A DNA stretch of 64,000 nucleotides. Source: Polyangiaceae bacterium. Its GTDB lineage: Bacteria > Myxococcota_A > Polyangia > Polyangiales > Polyangiaceae. A program made the translations under genes and the position numbers. Each line of letters begins with the position of its first letter. The first letter of the stretch is position 1. Shown here in pieces: positions 50,470 to 59,141 of the stretch. The stretch is from NCBI GenBank assembly GCA_044376115.1, contig JBILLK010000008.1:64001-128000 (forward strand). Reading direction: 5' to 3'. The notes under the pieces are model-generated. The model saw nothing but the letters and a program-made list of their open reading frames with translations, made no database searches and was not told the DNA's origin.

Positions 50470-50612
50470 AGAAGCGGAAGAACCAGAGCGGTCGATCGGC
50501 GACGGTCAGATCAAGCGCAACAAGGTCGCGTCACAGACTAGTAACGGTTAACTGCTCAATCGGTGCGATCCGAAGATCTGTGTTACGACCTTGCAGAGAT
50601 GGATCTGGACCG

Positions 50613-50975
50613 TCACGGGCAGCACAGCGGATCGCACGCGACCAGCGAGGACCGGAGGAGCACCCCTCTACGATTGAGAGGCTTGATCGGCGTGGCGGGC
50701 TCTCGCGTGCAGAGCAGCACCTCATCTTGCCCTGCCGCCGACTCGAGCAGCACCCGGCGATAAGAGCAGGCGCGGCACGCTTCGGCCGACGGCATCTCAA
50801 TCGGCGCGCCATAGCCGGGGGGAAGTGAAGCCGTCGTGTTGGGAGGGGGCGGTGACCGCTCGAAAGTCGATGCGGAGACCTCTGCTGAAGTCGAAGTAGC
50901 GGGCGCGAGAGCGGCGCCACAGCCCGCTCCGACCAGGAGCACTGCAGTCGCGAGGATCTGGGCAAGGTGCTTCAT
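50613..50975 (-). CDS. small Cys-containing lipoprotein
   Basis: MKHLAQILATAVLLVGAGC lipobox; GAGG RBS. Confidence 0.55.
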   Translation of the reverse strand: MKHLAQILATAVLLVGAGCGAALAPATSTSAEVSASTFERSPPPPNTTASLPPGYGAPIEMPSAEACRACSYRRVLLESAAGQDEVLLCTREPATPIKPLNRRGVLLRSSLVACDPLCCP

Positions 50976-51025
50976 GCGTGACCTCAATTGAATCGACGAT
51001 ACGCGGGCCAGCCCTGCTCAGAAGC

Positions 51026-51664
51026 TCATTTCTCCAACGTTTGAAAACGCAGCCACTCTGATTCGAGCAGCTGACGCGCTCCATCACTTAAGAAGATCTT
51101 CCGCCCCGATTGCAGGAAGTCGGAGCCATCGGTCGCCTCGAGTCGTTCGTGCCGCTCCGTCTTTCCCTTGCGAGGCACCATTTCTCCGGTAAACGGATTA
51201 CGCATCAGAGGGGCACCTGGTGCGGGTGGGTGCTCAACCACTTGAACGTCAATCGTGCACTGGCCTAGGGGCAGCAGCTGAAATAGCGGTCCTAGAGCTT
51301 CCGCAAGCTGTTCATCGTGAGGACGGCGCAAGATGTAGCCTTCCGGCTCGCCCCCCTCGGGATGCTCGGCTGGCGCCGCAGCGGACCGGTCCCATTGCTC
51401 CCAGGAGAGCGCGACGATACGAGCCTTCTCCACTTCGCGGAAGCTCGCGCCACGCAGACCTGCCTTCTCGATTTGGTCACGCATACTGGCCGTGACGACG
51501 AGGCAGAACCCTGGAACGGTAACGGGCGGGATGAAGGGCGCACATCGCTCTAAGCGAAGACGTCCGTCGGGAGTGGGCCCGAGGTGCGCCGTCATCCCGT
51601 GTGCGAGAATCCTGCCGTAGTCCCCCCAGGGAGCGGCGCTCCTAACTGCGTGGATGCGTTCCAT
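51026..51664 (-). CDS. hypothetical protein
   Basis: WGDYGRILAHGM...LERCAPFIPP...GGEPEGYI. Confidence 0.6.
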   Translation of the reverse strand: MERIHAVRSAAPWGDYGRILAHGMTAHLGPTPDGRLRLERCAPFIPPVTVPGFCLVVTASMRDQIEKAGLRGASFREVEKARIVALSWEQWDRSAAAPAEHPEGGEPEGYILRRPHDEQLAEALGPLFQLLPLGQCTIDVQVVEHPPAPGAPLMRNPFTGEMVPRKGKTERHERLEATDGSDFLQSGRKIFLSDGARQLLESEWLRFQTLEK

Positions 51665-51746
51665 AGTGTATTGCGTGTAGCGTCTCAGGTTGTCAGGCCG
51701 GCGTCTCGGCGTTTGCGCCGGATCATGAGTTCCTCGTCCACGTCTC

Positions 51747-52751
51747 CTAGGAGCCCGTCGACTTCTCGATCAGTCGATCGACCCGAGCCTGTCCCTCCGC
51801 ACGCTGCGATTCAAGGAGCGGCCCGTAGCGGACCACCACCTCGTCCGCCGTCCACGCAAACGTGAACCTCGGTAACGACCGAGGCCTCGCCTCGATCGGC
51901 GACAGGTGCAGCACGTGCTCGCGGGTCCCGGGGCGACCTGTTCGCACTGCGAAGGGCGCGGCAGATTCTGCAAGGGCGCACGGCCACGGTCGACCCGGCT
52001 CGCCGGCGATGAGCGCGCGCACGATGCCAGTCGCGTTCTCAAGTGACTTCGTCGGCAATCGAAGCCGCACTTCGATCTGCGCTCGAGGAGGATGCCACTC
52101 GGGTCGGCATGGCGCCTCAGGAACTGCGCCCGTTGGCGCGTCGCGCCCGCCGAGCGTCCGCCGTAGCCACGTCGAACGCACCGAGAGCGCTCGATAACAC
52201 GACTCCGGATCAAACGCCGACGTCCAGGAGAGAACGCCGACGCCGTCCGTGATGTCTCGAACGACGCCGGGCGGTAGCGGGTCGCTCGCGAGCGCCTCCC
52301 AGGCGCACGGCGGATCGACGTGAAGATCGAAGCTTCGCTCCGTCGCTACGTCGACGAACGCATCAGCGTCGAAGCGGCCCGGGCAGGAGTCCAGCTCGGC
52401 CTCACCCACTGCGCGAACCGCGCCGCGATCCAGCTCGACGGGGCACGCACGAACGAAGGAGCGCAGGCCCTGCGCGACGACCGCAACCTCAGCAGGCGCC
52501 GCGAGCGTGAGCAAGAGCCGGTACTTACCTACTTCGAGCCGATGGCCGAGCGCGCTGGTCGCTTGCAGCGTGGTGTCCTCTCGCGTCGCATCGTTCGCCA
52601 ACTCGACGAGATCACCACCAAACCGCCGCCAACGGCCTCGCACGCTCGCCTTGTCCCAGCGCACGTCGAGGAGCAGGCCGAGATGCGACGCTGCGGCCTG
52701 GGATAGAGCGTAGTCCTCCGGAATGAAGAACAGATCGACAAGGAACCTCAC
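51747..52751 (-). CDS. hypothetical protein
   Basis: 334-aa ORF in the co-oriented run. Confidence 0.5.
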   Translation of the reverse strand: MRFLVDLFFIPEDYALSQAAASHLGLLLDVRWDKASVRGRWRRFGGDLVELANDATREDTTLQATSALGHRLEVGKYRLLLTLAAPAEVAVVAQGLRSFVRACPVELDRGAVRAVGEAELDSCPGRFDADAFVDVATERSFDLHVDPPCAWEALASDPLPPGVVRDITDGVGVLSWTSAFDPESCYRALSVRSTWLRRTLGGRDAPTGAVPEAPCRPEWHPPRAQIEVRLRLPTKSLENATGIVRALIAGEPGRPWPCALAESAAPFAVRTGRPGTREHVLHLSPIEARPRSLPRFTFAWTADEVVVRYGPLLESQRAEGQARVDRLIEKSTGS

Positions 52752-52871
52752 GACAGAGCAAGCCTAGCCTGGGGTGGGCGCGTGCGGTGGTGCGGACAGG
52801 GGATTCGGACCGGCTCCTTGATCAGCTGGGAGGAGCAATCCAAGGCTGAAACTTTCTGGACGCATTAAGCG

Positions 52872-53231
52872 TTAGGCCACACATCTTGGCAGAACCAAGA
52901 AAGTACCCAAACCTGCCTCAAGCGCGAAGCCACCGAGATTTTTGATGTCGAGATTGCGATCGAGAACAGCTGAGTAACCACGCCCAACGGAAGCACCGAG
53001 CCAGGCAACTCCGGCGACCACAAAAACCGTTTCCGTCTGCGCAGCGATGCAGAAGGCACCGAGAGCCGCGAACAAGCCGCCGTAGGTCGCGCGTATCTCC
53101 GATCGCCCGTTCAGCCCGACCGGAGAGATGCTCACGAAGGCTGCCGCCTTGTCAGGGAGAAAGAGACCGAGCAAGCCAAGGAGAGTCGTAGCGACCGCAC
53201 CAACGTTTGCGAGAATGAGGATGGGATGCAT
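52872..53231 (-). CDS. DUF4345-like membrane protein
   Basis: GRSEIRATYGGLF; flanked by a core site (+ strand GCCTAAC 53243-53249) and an inverse core overlapping the stop (GTTAGGC 52871-52877). Confidence 0.75.
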   Translation of the reverse strand: MHPILILANVGAVATTLLGLLGLFLPDKAAAFVSISPVGLNGRSEIRATYGGLFAALGAFCIAAQTETVFVVAGVAWLGASVGRGYSAVLDRNLDIKNLGGFALEAGLGTFLVLPRCVA

Positions 53232-53275
53232 GGGTCTCCAGTGCCTAACTTATTGCAGTTCAGCTGCATGCCCCG

Positions 53276-53956
53276 TCAGACCGTGACCTGTTTCCATTCT
53301 ACGGCGTCTTTCAAAGTACTAGTACGGTCTGCAAACGCGACGAAGCAGCGCACAACATCCTGGAGGCTTGGCTTCAATGCGCGATAATGCCGGTCGGCGG
53401 CTCCGTCGCGACACTCGATTACCCACTTCTGCCGCGCGTTAACCTGAGCTTGGATAAAGCGATTACGCCCGCGCTCGAGGATGACGAAGCTGTTCTGTGG
53501 TACTCGAAGTTTCGATACTTGCTGCGCAATGCTCTCCGTTGAAGCGCTTAGCATCACGCTGCCGTCCTCGGTCTGAAGCACCGAACGCGAGGCAGTTCCA
53601 GCGGGTACTTCTTGGCTGAGGCGCGGCCCTTGAGGATCGAAGCAAACGAGCCCGAGGCTTCGCGCCAACTCCACCACCGTTGGAAGCACGCCCTTCACTC
53701 GGGAGAACGCAATCGGGAGGAGAACGTAGTTATTCGATACGTCGATATTGGCCGTCCACGGAGAGCGGGCCGCCTGTGCCTTGTTGGGCGCATCGAGACT
53801 GGGATACGTCGCGCACAGTTGCTTGTAAAAGGCACTGACGCGGCGATCCGGCGCGACAACTTTACAATCGGCGTTGGTTAGCGCCGCGTAGATGCGAACT
53901 GCCTCCTCCACGGTGAGCGGACGCTTGCTTCCCCAAATCGCGACGTCGTAGCTCAT
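53276..53956 (-). CDS. two-domain hypothetical protein
   Basis: MSYDVAIW...ARSLGLVCFDPQ N-domain; FVILERGRNRFIQA C-domain. Confidence 0.65.
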   Translation of the reverse strand: MSYDVAIWGSKRPLTVEEAVRIYAALTNADCKVVAPDRRVSAFYKQLCATYPSLDAPNKAQAARSPWTANIDVSNNYVLLPIAFSRVKGVLPTVVELARSLGLVCFDPQGPRLSQEVPAGTASRSVLQTEDGSVMLSASTESIAQQVSKLRVPQNSFVILERGRNRFIQAQVNARQKWVIECRDGAADRHYRALKPSLQDVVRCFVAFADRTSTLKDAVEWKQVTV

Positions 53957-53993
53957 ATTCGGATGCGCCTGGCTGTTGGCAGCGAGTTGCTTG

Positions 53994-54062
53994 GTCTGAC
54001 AAGTTTAGCGACGTTCTGCGGCGGGCGGAATAGGAAGGCCGAAGGCCAACCGTCGTTACCCG
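53994..54062 (-). other. truncated attC
   Basis: GTCTGAC...CGTTCTGCGGCGGG...AGGAAGGCCGAAGGCCAACCG matches one arm and the apical hairpin of the intact attCs; the other arm is absent. Confidence 0.55.
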
Positions 54063-54112
54063 CGAAAGCGCTCGGGGACATCCTCGCAGGGTATCCGCCC
54101 GGCGAGGGCCGT

Positions 54113-55714
54113 TCAGGTTGAGACTTGACGGGGCTCGAGGGGTTTCGCTCGAGCGAGGAAGTCGAGTTCGGCGAGCTGGGCGGCGACCTCGGGTCGCTGT
54201 TTGGTGGACGCCCAATGTTTGGGCGAGAGTTCAATGGCGCGCTGGCGGGGCCAGCTCGGCAGCAGCGTGAGGACGTCGCGCAGGTAGGCCCACGGCTCTA
54301 CGTCGTGGAGTTCACAGCTGGCGATCAGCGATACGATCGTGGTGTTCCAATGCGTTGCTTCATCACTTCCGCAAAAGAGCCAGTTCTTCCGGCCGATGAC
54401 CTGCCGACGCAGCGATAACTCGCTTAGATTGTTATCGAGTCGCAGTTGCCCATCGCCAAGAAAGCGCTCAAGCGGCTCGCGGTGATTTCGTAGGTAGTTA
54501 AGCGCTAGTCGCAAGGGAGACTTGTCGTCAGGCGAGCGACAGACCTCATCGACCCAATCGTACAGCTGAGCAAGGATCGGTTTAGCGAGCTCGGCCCGTC
54601 GCGCTTGGTCCCAATCCCCATCAGCGCCGTTGCGCGTAATGCGGTTTACTTCATAGAGCCGACCGATGAGCACGAGCCCACGCGTTGCTCCTTCTCGGTC
54701 ACTCGACAATGCTTCGAAGAACTTGCGTCGCGCGTGGGACCAGCATCCAACCTCAGTGATCCCCCCATTCTGGCGGTAGAGTTCGTGATAGATCGCCGAT
54801 GCGTCAGCAAGGACGTATCCCTTGTAGTCGCCTAGTAGCGCGACGGGCTCGAAGCGGTCCTCGCGTTCAGCTGCGTGATAGAGCACATGGTCACGTGCGG
54901 CGACGAGCACGAAGAAGCTCTTTCGACGACAATGTTCCTTGTCTTGAACCAGGATTCCCGTCGCATCGATTCCGACCCACGGGCAGTGCTTCGCGTCTTC
55001 CCACATCGCTTGAACGACATGACGCAATAGCGAATAGCTACCCTGCACCCAGTCAGACAAGGTGGAGCGTGCCAGCTCAACACCCGCTCTACGAAAGATG
55101 CTCTCCTGTCGGTGCAGCGGAAGATGATCTGCGTACTTTTGCACCAATACGTGGGCGCATAGCGAAGGCGCTGCCAGACAGCGCTTTAATCCTCTATCGG
55201 GCAGGTTGGCTTGTTCAATTGGCGCACCCGCCATCTCACCCTTGCGCCGATACTTCGGTCGATGCACCTCAAGCCGAAGATAGTGACCAGGCTTGTACTC
55301 AATGGTGGACGTCTTATCGACGTCGATCTCCTCAACCTGCTCCCGCTCCTCCGCTGTCATCAGCGGTTCTAGCCGAAGGACGTGCACCTCGAGATCACCA
55401 AGGTCTGCCGGCTTGCGGCGCCCGTGTTGCCCACCACTCTTGCGCGGCTCAGGTGCGTTGCTCGGTGAAGGGCTATCTGCAACCTCGGGCTCATTCGTCG
55501 AGCCAACCGGCGGGAAGGTTTGAAGCAACGATTCAAGAAACGAAAGTTGCTGCTCAGCAGCTCGAAACTTCTCCGTCTTCGGCCCGACTAATCCACGTCG
55601 TAGCTTCTCGAGTTCAAGCAGCGCCTTCGCGTAGGCCTTCTGCAGTCGCTCGATCTGCGCGTCCTTCTCCGCAAGCTGCGCTCGCAGCGCGAGCTCTCTC
55701 TTGCTGAGTTCCAT
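54113..55714 (-). CDS. tnpC: IS66 transposase TnpC
   Basis: KYADHLPLHRQ, IDATG, CWSHARRKF, DNNLSELSLR...GRKNWLF, PWAYLRDVL. Confidence 0.95.
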   Translation of the reverse strand: MELSKRELALRAQLAEKDAQIERLQKAYAKALLELEKLRRGLVGPKTEKFRAAEQQLSFLESLLQTFPPVGSTNEPEVADSPSPSNAPEPRKSGGQHGRRKPADLGDLEVHVLRLEPLMTAEEREQVEEIDVDKTSTIEYKPGHYLRLEVHRPKYRRKGEMAGAPIEQANLPDRGLKRCLAAPSLCAHVLVQKYADHLPLHRQESIFRRAGVELARSTLSDWVQGSYSLLRHVVQAMWEDAKHCPWVGIDATGILVQDKEHCRRKSFFVLVAARDHVLYHAAEREDRFEPVALLGDYKGYVLADASAIYHELYRQNGGITEVGCWSHARRKFFEALSSDREGATRGLVLIGRLYEVNRITRNGADGDWDQARRAELAKPILAQLYDWVDEVCRSPDDKSPLRLALNYLRNHREPLERFLGDGQLRLDNNLSELSLRRQVIGRKNWLFCGSDEATHWNTTIVSLIASCELHDVEPWAYLRDVLTLLPSWPRQRAIELSPKHWASTKQRPEVAAQLAELDFLARAKPLEPRQVST

Positions 55715-55747
55715 TGCCTACGCAGTATTGGATCTCGCGATCACTCG

Positions 55748-56086
55748 TCAAGGGCTCGCCCTTGTCTTCTCGAACGGAAGCTTCATCTGGGACAAGAGAT
55801 TGGCGAGCCTCGAGGTATCCAACTCGAGCGCCATCACTCCGGCCTCCGCAACAGTGGGCAGTTGGAACGTCCCGCGATGCACGCGTCGATAGTAGAGATT
55901 GGTGCCTTGAGTGTCCGACCAAACCACTTTGAGTCGGTCGCGTCGTCCGTTGCAGAAAACGAAGATTCCGCCCTCCTTTACCTCTCGCTGCATCAGTCGC
56001 CGCGCCATCTCTGAAAGCCCATCAAACCCGCGTCGAAAGTCTACTGGCGCTAATGCGATATAAACCGCTACGTTGCTCGGAATCAC
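55748..56086 (-). CDS. tnpB: IS66 accessory protein TnpB
   Basis: PVDFRRGFDGL, FVFCNGRRDRLKVVWSD, GTFQLP. Confidence 0.92.
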   Translation of the reverse strand: MIPSNVAVYIALAPVDFRRGFDGLSEMARRLMQREVKEGGIFVFCNGRRDRLKVVWSDTQGTNLYYRRVHRGTFQLPTVAEAGVMALELDTSRLANLLSQMKLPFEKTRASP

Positions 56087-56412
56087 TTCGCCGCCGCGAA
56101 CGAGAGCGCTTGCGCGAGGGCTCTAACATCGGCCAATCGCGCCCCTGCAATTCGCATGATGACCCCACCCGGAAGAGTGACTTCCACGCTCAACGGCGCC
56201 ATCACTGATGGCGCCTCATCCTTTGCAATTCTTACGAAGGTAAGCCCAGCCTGCTCCGCCCCCGCTACCTGCAATAGCTTTCTCCGGTACTTGGTGCGGT
56301 AAGCCGAAGCCACGCTCTTCTTTACGTACTCATCAATCTCGAGCCCAGAAGCCTTCCATTGCGCAGCTCGGTCGGCCCACATCTTCTGGTTGCTCTGTCT
56401 GTTCCCGTTCAT
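56083..56412 (-). CDS. tnpA: IS66 accessory protein TnpA
   Basis: W...WKASGL N-terminus, VEVTLPGG; first ORF inside the inverted repeat. Confidence 0.75.
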   Translation of the reverse strand: MNGNRQSNQKMWADRAAQWKASGLEIDEYVKKSVASAYRTKYRRKLLQVAGAEQAGLTFVRIAKDEAPSVMAPLSVEVTLPGGVIMRIAGARLADVRALAQALSFAAAK

Positions 56413-56484
56413 CGCTAACCTCCTTCGAAGTCAGCTTCATCGATCCCGCCGCCCTTGTCTCAACGGCCCTCGCCGGACGGATAC

Positions 56485-56822
56485 CATTTAATAACAAAGC
56501 TGCAATCGCGGAACGGAATCGTGATTGCGGCCACGTAGGTCATGCCCGTTGGCGTTTGCGAAATCTTGAAGACGGCCTGAACCGCCGGGAACCCGGCAAC
56601 AGCGATGCGCTCGACCTCGACCAGGCCACCGGACTCCCCCAGTGCGGTGCGGTAAACGTCGCGTAAGGCCGAGATCTTGTCGCGTGCCGAGGGGAGGTCT
56701 GGCGGTATGTCGAAGAAATCGAGAGAGACTTGGTCGCCGGCCTCGTTCCTCCAGCGGAGACCGTCGCCGGGATGCTCCCGCCAGCCTTCGAGAGGGAGTT
56801 CGATGTGATGCACCGAGAGCAT
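56485..56822 (-). pseudogene. cassette gene truncated by IS66
   Basis: Reads ...TIPFRDCSFVIK then enters the IS inverted repeat (WYPSGEGR*). Confidence 0.75.
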
Positions 56823-56832
56823 GGCCAGGTCA

Positions 56833-56922
56833 GTCCAACGTACCGGGATTCAGCCACGAGTGGCAAAGGGAGCGAGCTTTCGAGCGACCGACGCACTCGT
56901 CGACTGCAATCCCATGTTGGAC
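56833..56922 (-). other. attC site (intact)
   Basis: GTCCAAC...GGGATTCAGCCACGAGTG...CACTCGTCGACTGCAATCCC...GTTGGAC imperfect inverted repeat, 90 bp. Confidence 0.9.
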
Positions 56923-56924
56923 GG

Positions 56925-57734
56925 CTATCCTTCGAGGCCGAGGTGGTTCCGACGATACTCGGCGCGCTGCTCGGGAGTGAGAAGCAGCGCCGATGCGGGA
57001 CGAGGTCTCCCGCGAAAAAGGAGCCGGTCCCAGTAGTCCTCCCGGTAGTACACGTTCCACGGCTCGAGTCCGTACCAGACGCGAGCGAATTGCTTGAGGA
57101 CGGCGTCGCTGGTCGAAGTCCCTCCCTGTCCCCAAGGACCCGAAGCGGCGTCGACAGCCGGCTCAGCGTGGCCGAGAACAGCGAACTCTTTCGAGTCAAG
57201 GCAGATGCCATCCGTATGAAGAATGGTGATGAAACCAAGCTCGAGGATATCGTCAGCCCTCAGAAGACCGGGGGACCTTCCCTCGAACAAGACCAGTGTC
57301 GGGCCAGTCGAGTGGCTGCCCAGGACCTGCCCAAATGCGAACGTGGTCTCGTTCAAGGGGATCGAGAAGAGGTCGCCGAGCTTCCACGGCTGGGGCTTCG
57401 GTCTCTTCCAGGCTTGAGCCCTCGCAAGCGTTGAGGCGAGTTCGTCGTGGTCGAGCTCGAGACCGGCAAGTCGGTAGAGTACTCGTACCGCATGGATCAG
57501 TAGCTCAGCGCGGCGAGATCGAACGCAAACGGCGTCCGCCTCATAATCGATATCGAGTTTGCCGCGCGGACGCTCGCCATCTTCCGCGATAGCCTTCTCC
57601 AGAACCGCGAGCGCTTGCGCGTTGGTCTCGTGGCCGAGCAGGCTAGCGACATCGTGGCAGAACCAAAAGTCCGGATCGCTCGCGTCGGGGAGGTAGAGGT
57701 CTACCGAACCAAGTCGAAGAGAGGGGTCAGTCAC
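56925..57734 (-). CDS. immunity-protein-like cassette gene (possible Imm51-like + Imm26-like fusion)
   Basis: IDYEADAVCVRS in the N-part; WKLGDLFSIPL...FAFGQVL in the C-part; start set to GTG 57734, downstream of attC. Confidence 0.55.
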   Translation of the reverse strand: MTDPSLRLGSVDLYLPDASDPDFWFCHDVASLLGHETNAQALAVLEKAIAEDGERPRGKLDIDYEADAVCVRSRRAELLIHAVRVLYRLAGLELDHDELASTLARAQAWKRPKPQPWKLGDLFSIPLNETTFAFGQVLGSHSTGPTLVLFEGRSPGLLRADDILELGFITILHTDGICLDSKEFAVLGHAEPAVDAASGPWGQGGTSTSDAVLKQFARVWYGLEPWNVYYREDYWDRLLFRGRPRPASALLLTPEQRAEYRRNHLGLEG

Positions 57735-57753
57735 TAGCGTCGCGGCCTGGTCA

Positions 57754-57836
57754 GCCCAACGTAAGGCGTTCTGCGGCGAATGCCAGACCGAGCGAAGCGA
57801 GGGAGGGTAGTCGTCCGCAGCAACGCCCAGTTGGGC
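57754..57836 (-). other. attC site (intact)
   Basis: GCCCAAC...GGCGTTCTGCGGCGA...TCGTCCGCAGCAACGCC...GTTGGGC, 83 bp. Confidence 0.92.
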
Positions 57837-57852
57837 CGCTCTCGCAACAGGG

Positions 57853-58248
57853 CTAGCACCAGTTCTCCAGGCTGAGCCCAGCGACCTTGGAGAAGTGCTT
57901 GGTATTGTTGGTGACGAGAATGGCGCCCAGCGACAGTGCGTGCGCCGCAATGAGCGTGTCCATCTGGCCGATAGGGATGCCGGCATCCGCGAGGGCGGCG
58001 CCGATCGTGCCGAATCGCTCCGCCGCGGAGTCATCGAACGGAGCCACTTGGACAGCGGAAACGAAGGCGTCGATGGCGGAATGAATCTTGCGCGAGCGTC
58101 GACGGTGTGCACCGAATCGCAGCTCCGCGAGGGTGATGGAGCTGATGCAGAGCTCCGAAGGACGGCGGCGCGCGATCTCATGAGCAACTCCGCCGTGCCC
58201 ACGCAACGCAAAGCTCACGGTGTCGGTGTCGAGCAGGAACGCGGCCAT
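57853..58248 (-). CDS. vapC: VapC PIN-domain toxin
   Basis: LLDTDTVS, ISSITLAEL, DTLIAAHAL, LVTNNTKHFSKVAGLSLENW. Confidence 0.95.
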   Translation of the reverse strand: MAAFLLDTDTVSFALRGHGGVAHEIARRRPSELCISSITLAELRFGAHRRRSRKIHSAIDAFVSAVQVAPFDDSAAERFGTIGAALADAGIPIGQMDTLIAAHALSLGAILVTNNTKHFSKVAGLSLENWC

Positions 58249-58252
58249 GACG

Positions 58253-58498
58253 TCACGCGAACGGATCGCGAAGCTTCGAAATAGGAGGACTTTTCGGGCG
58301 CTCGAAATCTTCGTCGAGGGAGCCAAGGCATCGCAGAAACGCCTCGGGCCACTCGTCGGGCGGCTCAAGGATCACCTTGCGACCGACCCTTCGCACCAGT
58401 ACCTCCGTGGACCCCTCGGGAAAACGGCACTCTCGCGGCAGCCGTACGGCCTGGCTACCGCCGTTCTGAAAGAGCTTCGCGCGTCTTGCTGCAGCCAC
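58253..58498 (-). CDS. vapB: VapB antitoxin (AbrB/MazE fold)
   Basis: AKLFQNGGSQAVRLPRECRF. Confidence 0.93.
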   Translation of the reverse strand: MAAARRAKLFQNGGSQAVRLPRECRFPEGSTEVLVRRVGRKVILEPPDEWPEAFLRCLGSLDEDFERPKSPPISKLRDPFA

Positions 58499-58504
58499 CG
58501 GCAA

Positions 58505-58533
58505 AGTATAGACTGTCGTAGCGACATCGGCAA
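58505..58533 (-). promoter_or_regulatory. sigma70 promoter with palindromic operator for vapBC
   Basis: TTGCCG-17 bp-TATACT; spacer holds the inverted repeat TGTCG-CTA-CGACA; -10 ends 6 nt before GTG. Confidence 0.8.
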
Positions 58534-58574
58534 GACACCATTGAAGCGAGTGGCGGCGTTCCGCAGGTCGACGG

Positions 58575-59003
58575 TCAGTCGTTGGTGGAAAGCGTGAGGC
58601 ACAGGCCGAGTCGCCCGCACTCCGACAAGAAGTCGGCTGGGATCTCCAAGTCAATCTGCTCATTGGCCAACCACCCGCCGATGAAGACGTCGGCACGGTT
58701 GCCATGCGCACGCCACTGGTCCAGACCTTCGCGTTCGCAGAGCTTCAACGTCGAGGTCGCGCGGGCGAAGCCCTCCCGAACCTGCTGTGCAAACTCCTCT
58801 GTCGGTTCGGCGGCGTGCTTCAAGTCATCCGCTCGCACGGAGAACAGGCGAGCAAGCGCCCACTGCGAGGCGGATCGGCTCGGCGACAGATCCTCGACGG
58901 TCTCCGCTGACACTCTGAGCACCTTGAAGAACGCGCTGCCCTTCGAATCAGGACCGCCTCCACCGCGCACAACAACATAGAGTTCTTGCAGGCCCTCGGT
59001 CAT
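58575..59003 (-). CDS. DUF4279-like cassette gene
   Basis: C-terminal DLEIPADFLSECGRLGLCLTLS; ATG 59003 follows the attC core. Confidence 0.55.
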   Translation of the reverse strand: MTEGLQELYVVVRGGGGPDSKGSAFFKVLRVSAETVEDLSPSRSASQWALARLFSVRADDLKHAAEPTEEFAQQVREGFARATSTLKLCEREGLDQWRAHGNRADVFIGGWLANEQIDLEIPADFLSECGRLGLCLTLSTND

Positions 59004-59018
59004 GCGCGCGCTACGTCT

Positions 59019-59119
59019 GCCCAACGTATCGGCGTTCTGCCGCGGGCGCCAAGAGGGAGCCTGCGAGCAAAGCGACCAGGCGAGCGAAGAAGCCCGTCGG
59101 CAGTAACGCCCTGTTGGGC
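59019..59119 (-). other. attC site (intact)
   Basis: GCCCAAC...GGCGTTCTGCCGCGGGC...GCCCGTCGGCAGTAACGCC...GTTGGGC, 101 bp. Confidence 0.92.
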
Positions 59120-59141
59120 GGCGGCGCTACTGAATCGTGCG

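Larger units (their letters stand above)
54091..56484 (-). mobile_element. IS66 family insertion sequence
   Basis: 23-bp terminal inverted repeats GTATCCG(C/T)CCGGCGAGGGCCGTT at 54091-54113 and 56462-56484; tnpA-tnpB-tnpC order. Confidence 0.95.

Noticed and set aside
53953..54234. 93-aa Ser/Pro-rich ORF
   Set aside because: It spans the tnpC end, the IS inverted repeat and an attC remnant; likely a chance frame
57735..58211. N-terminal extension of the 428-aa ORF 56925-58211
   Set aside because: It overlaps vapC out of frame and crosses an intact attC; the true start is probably 57734
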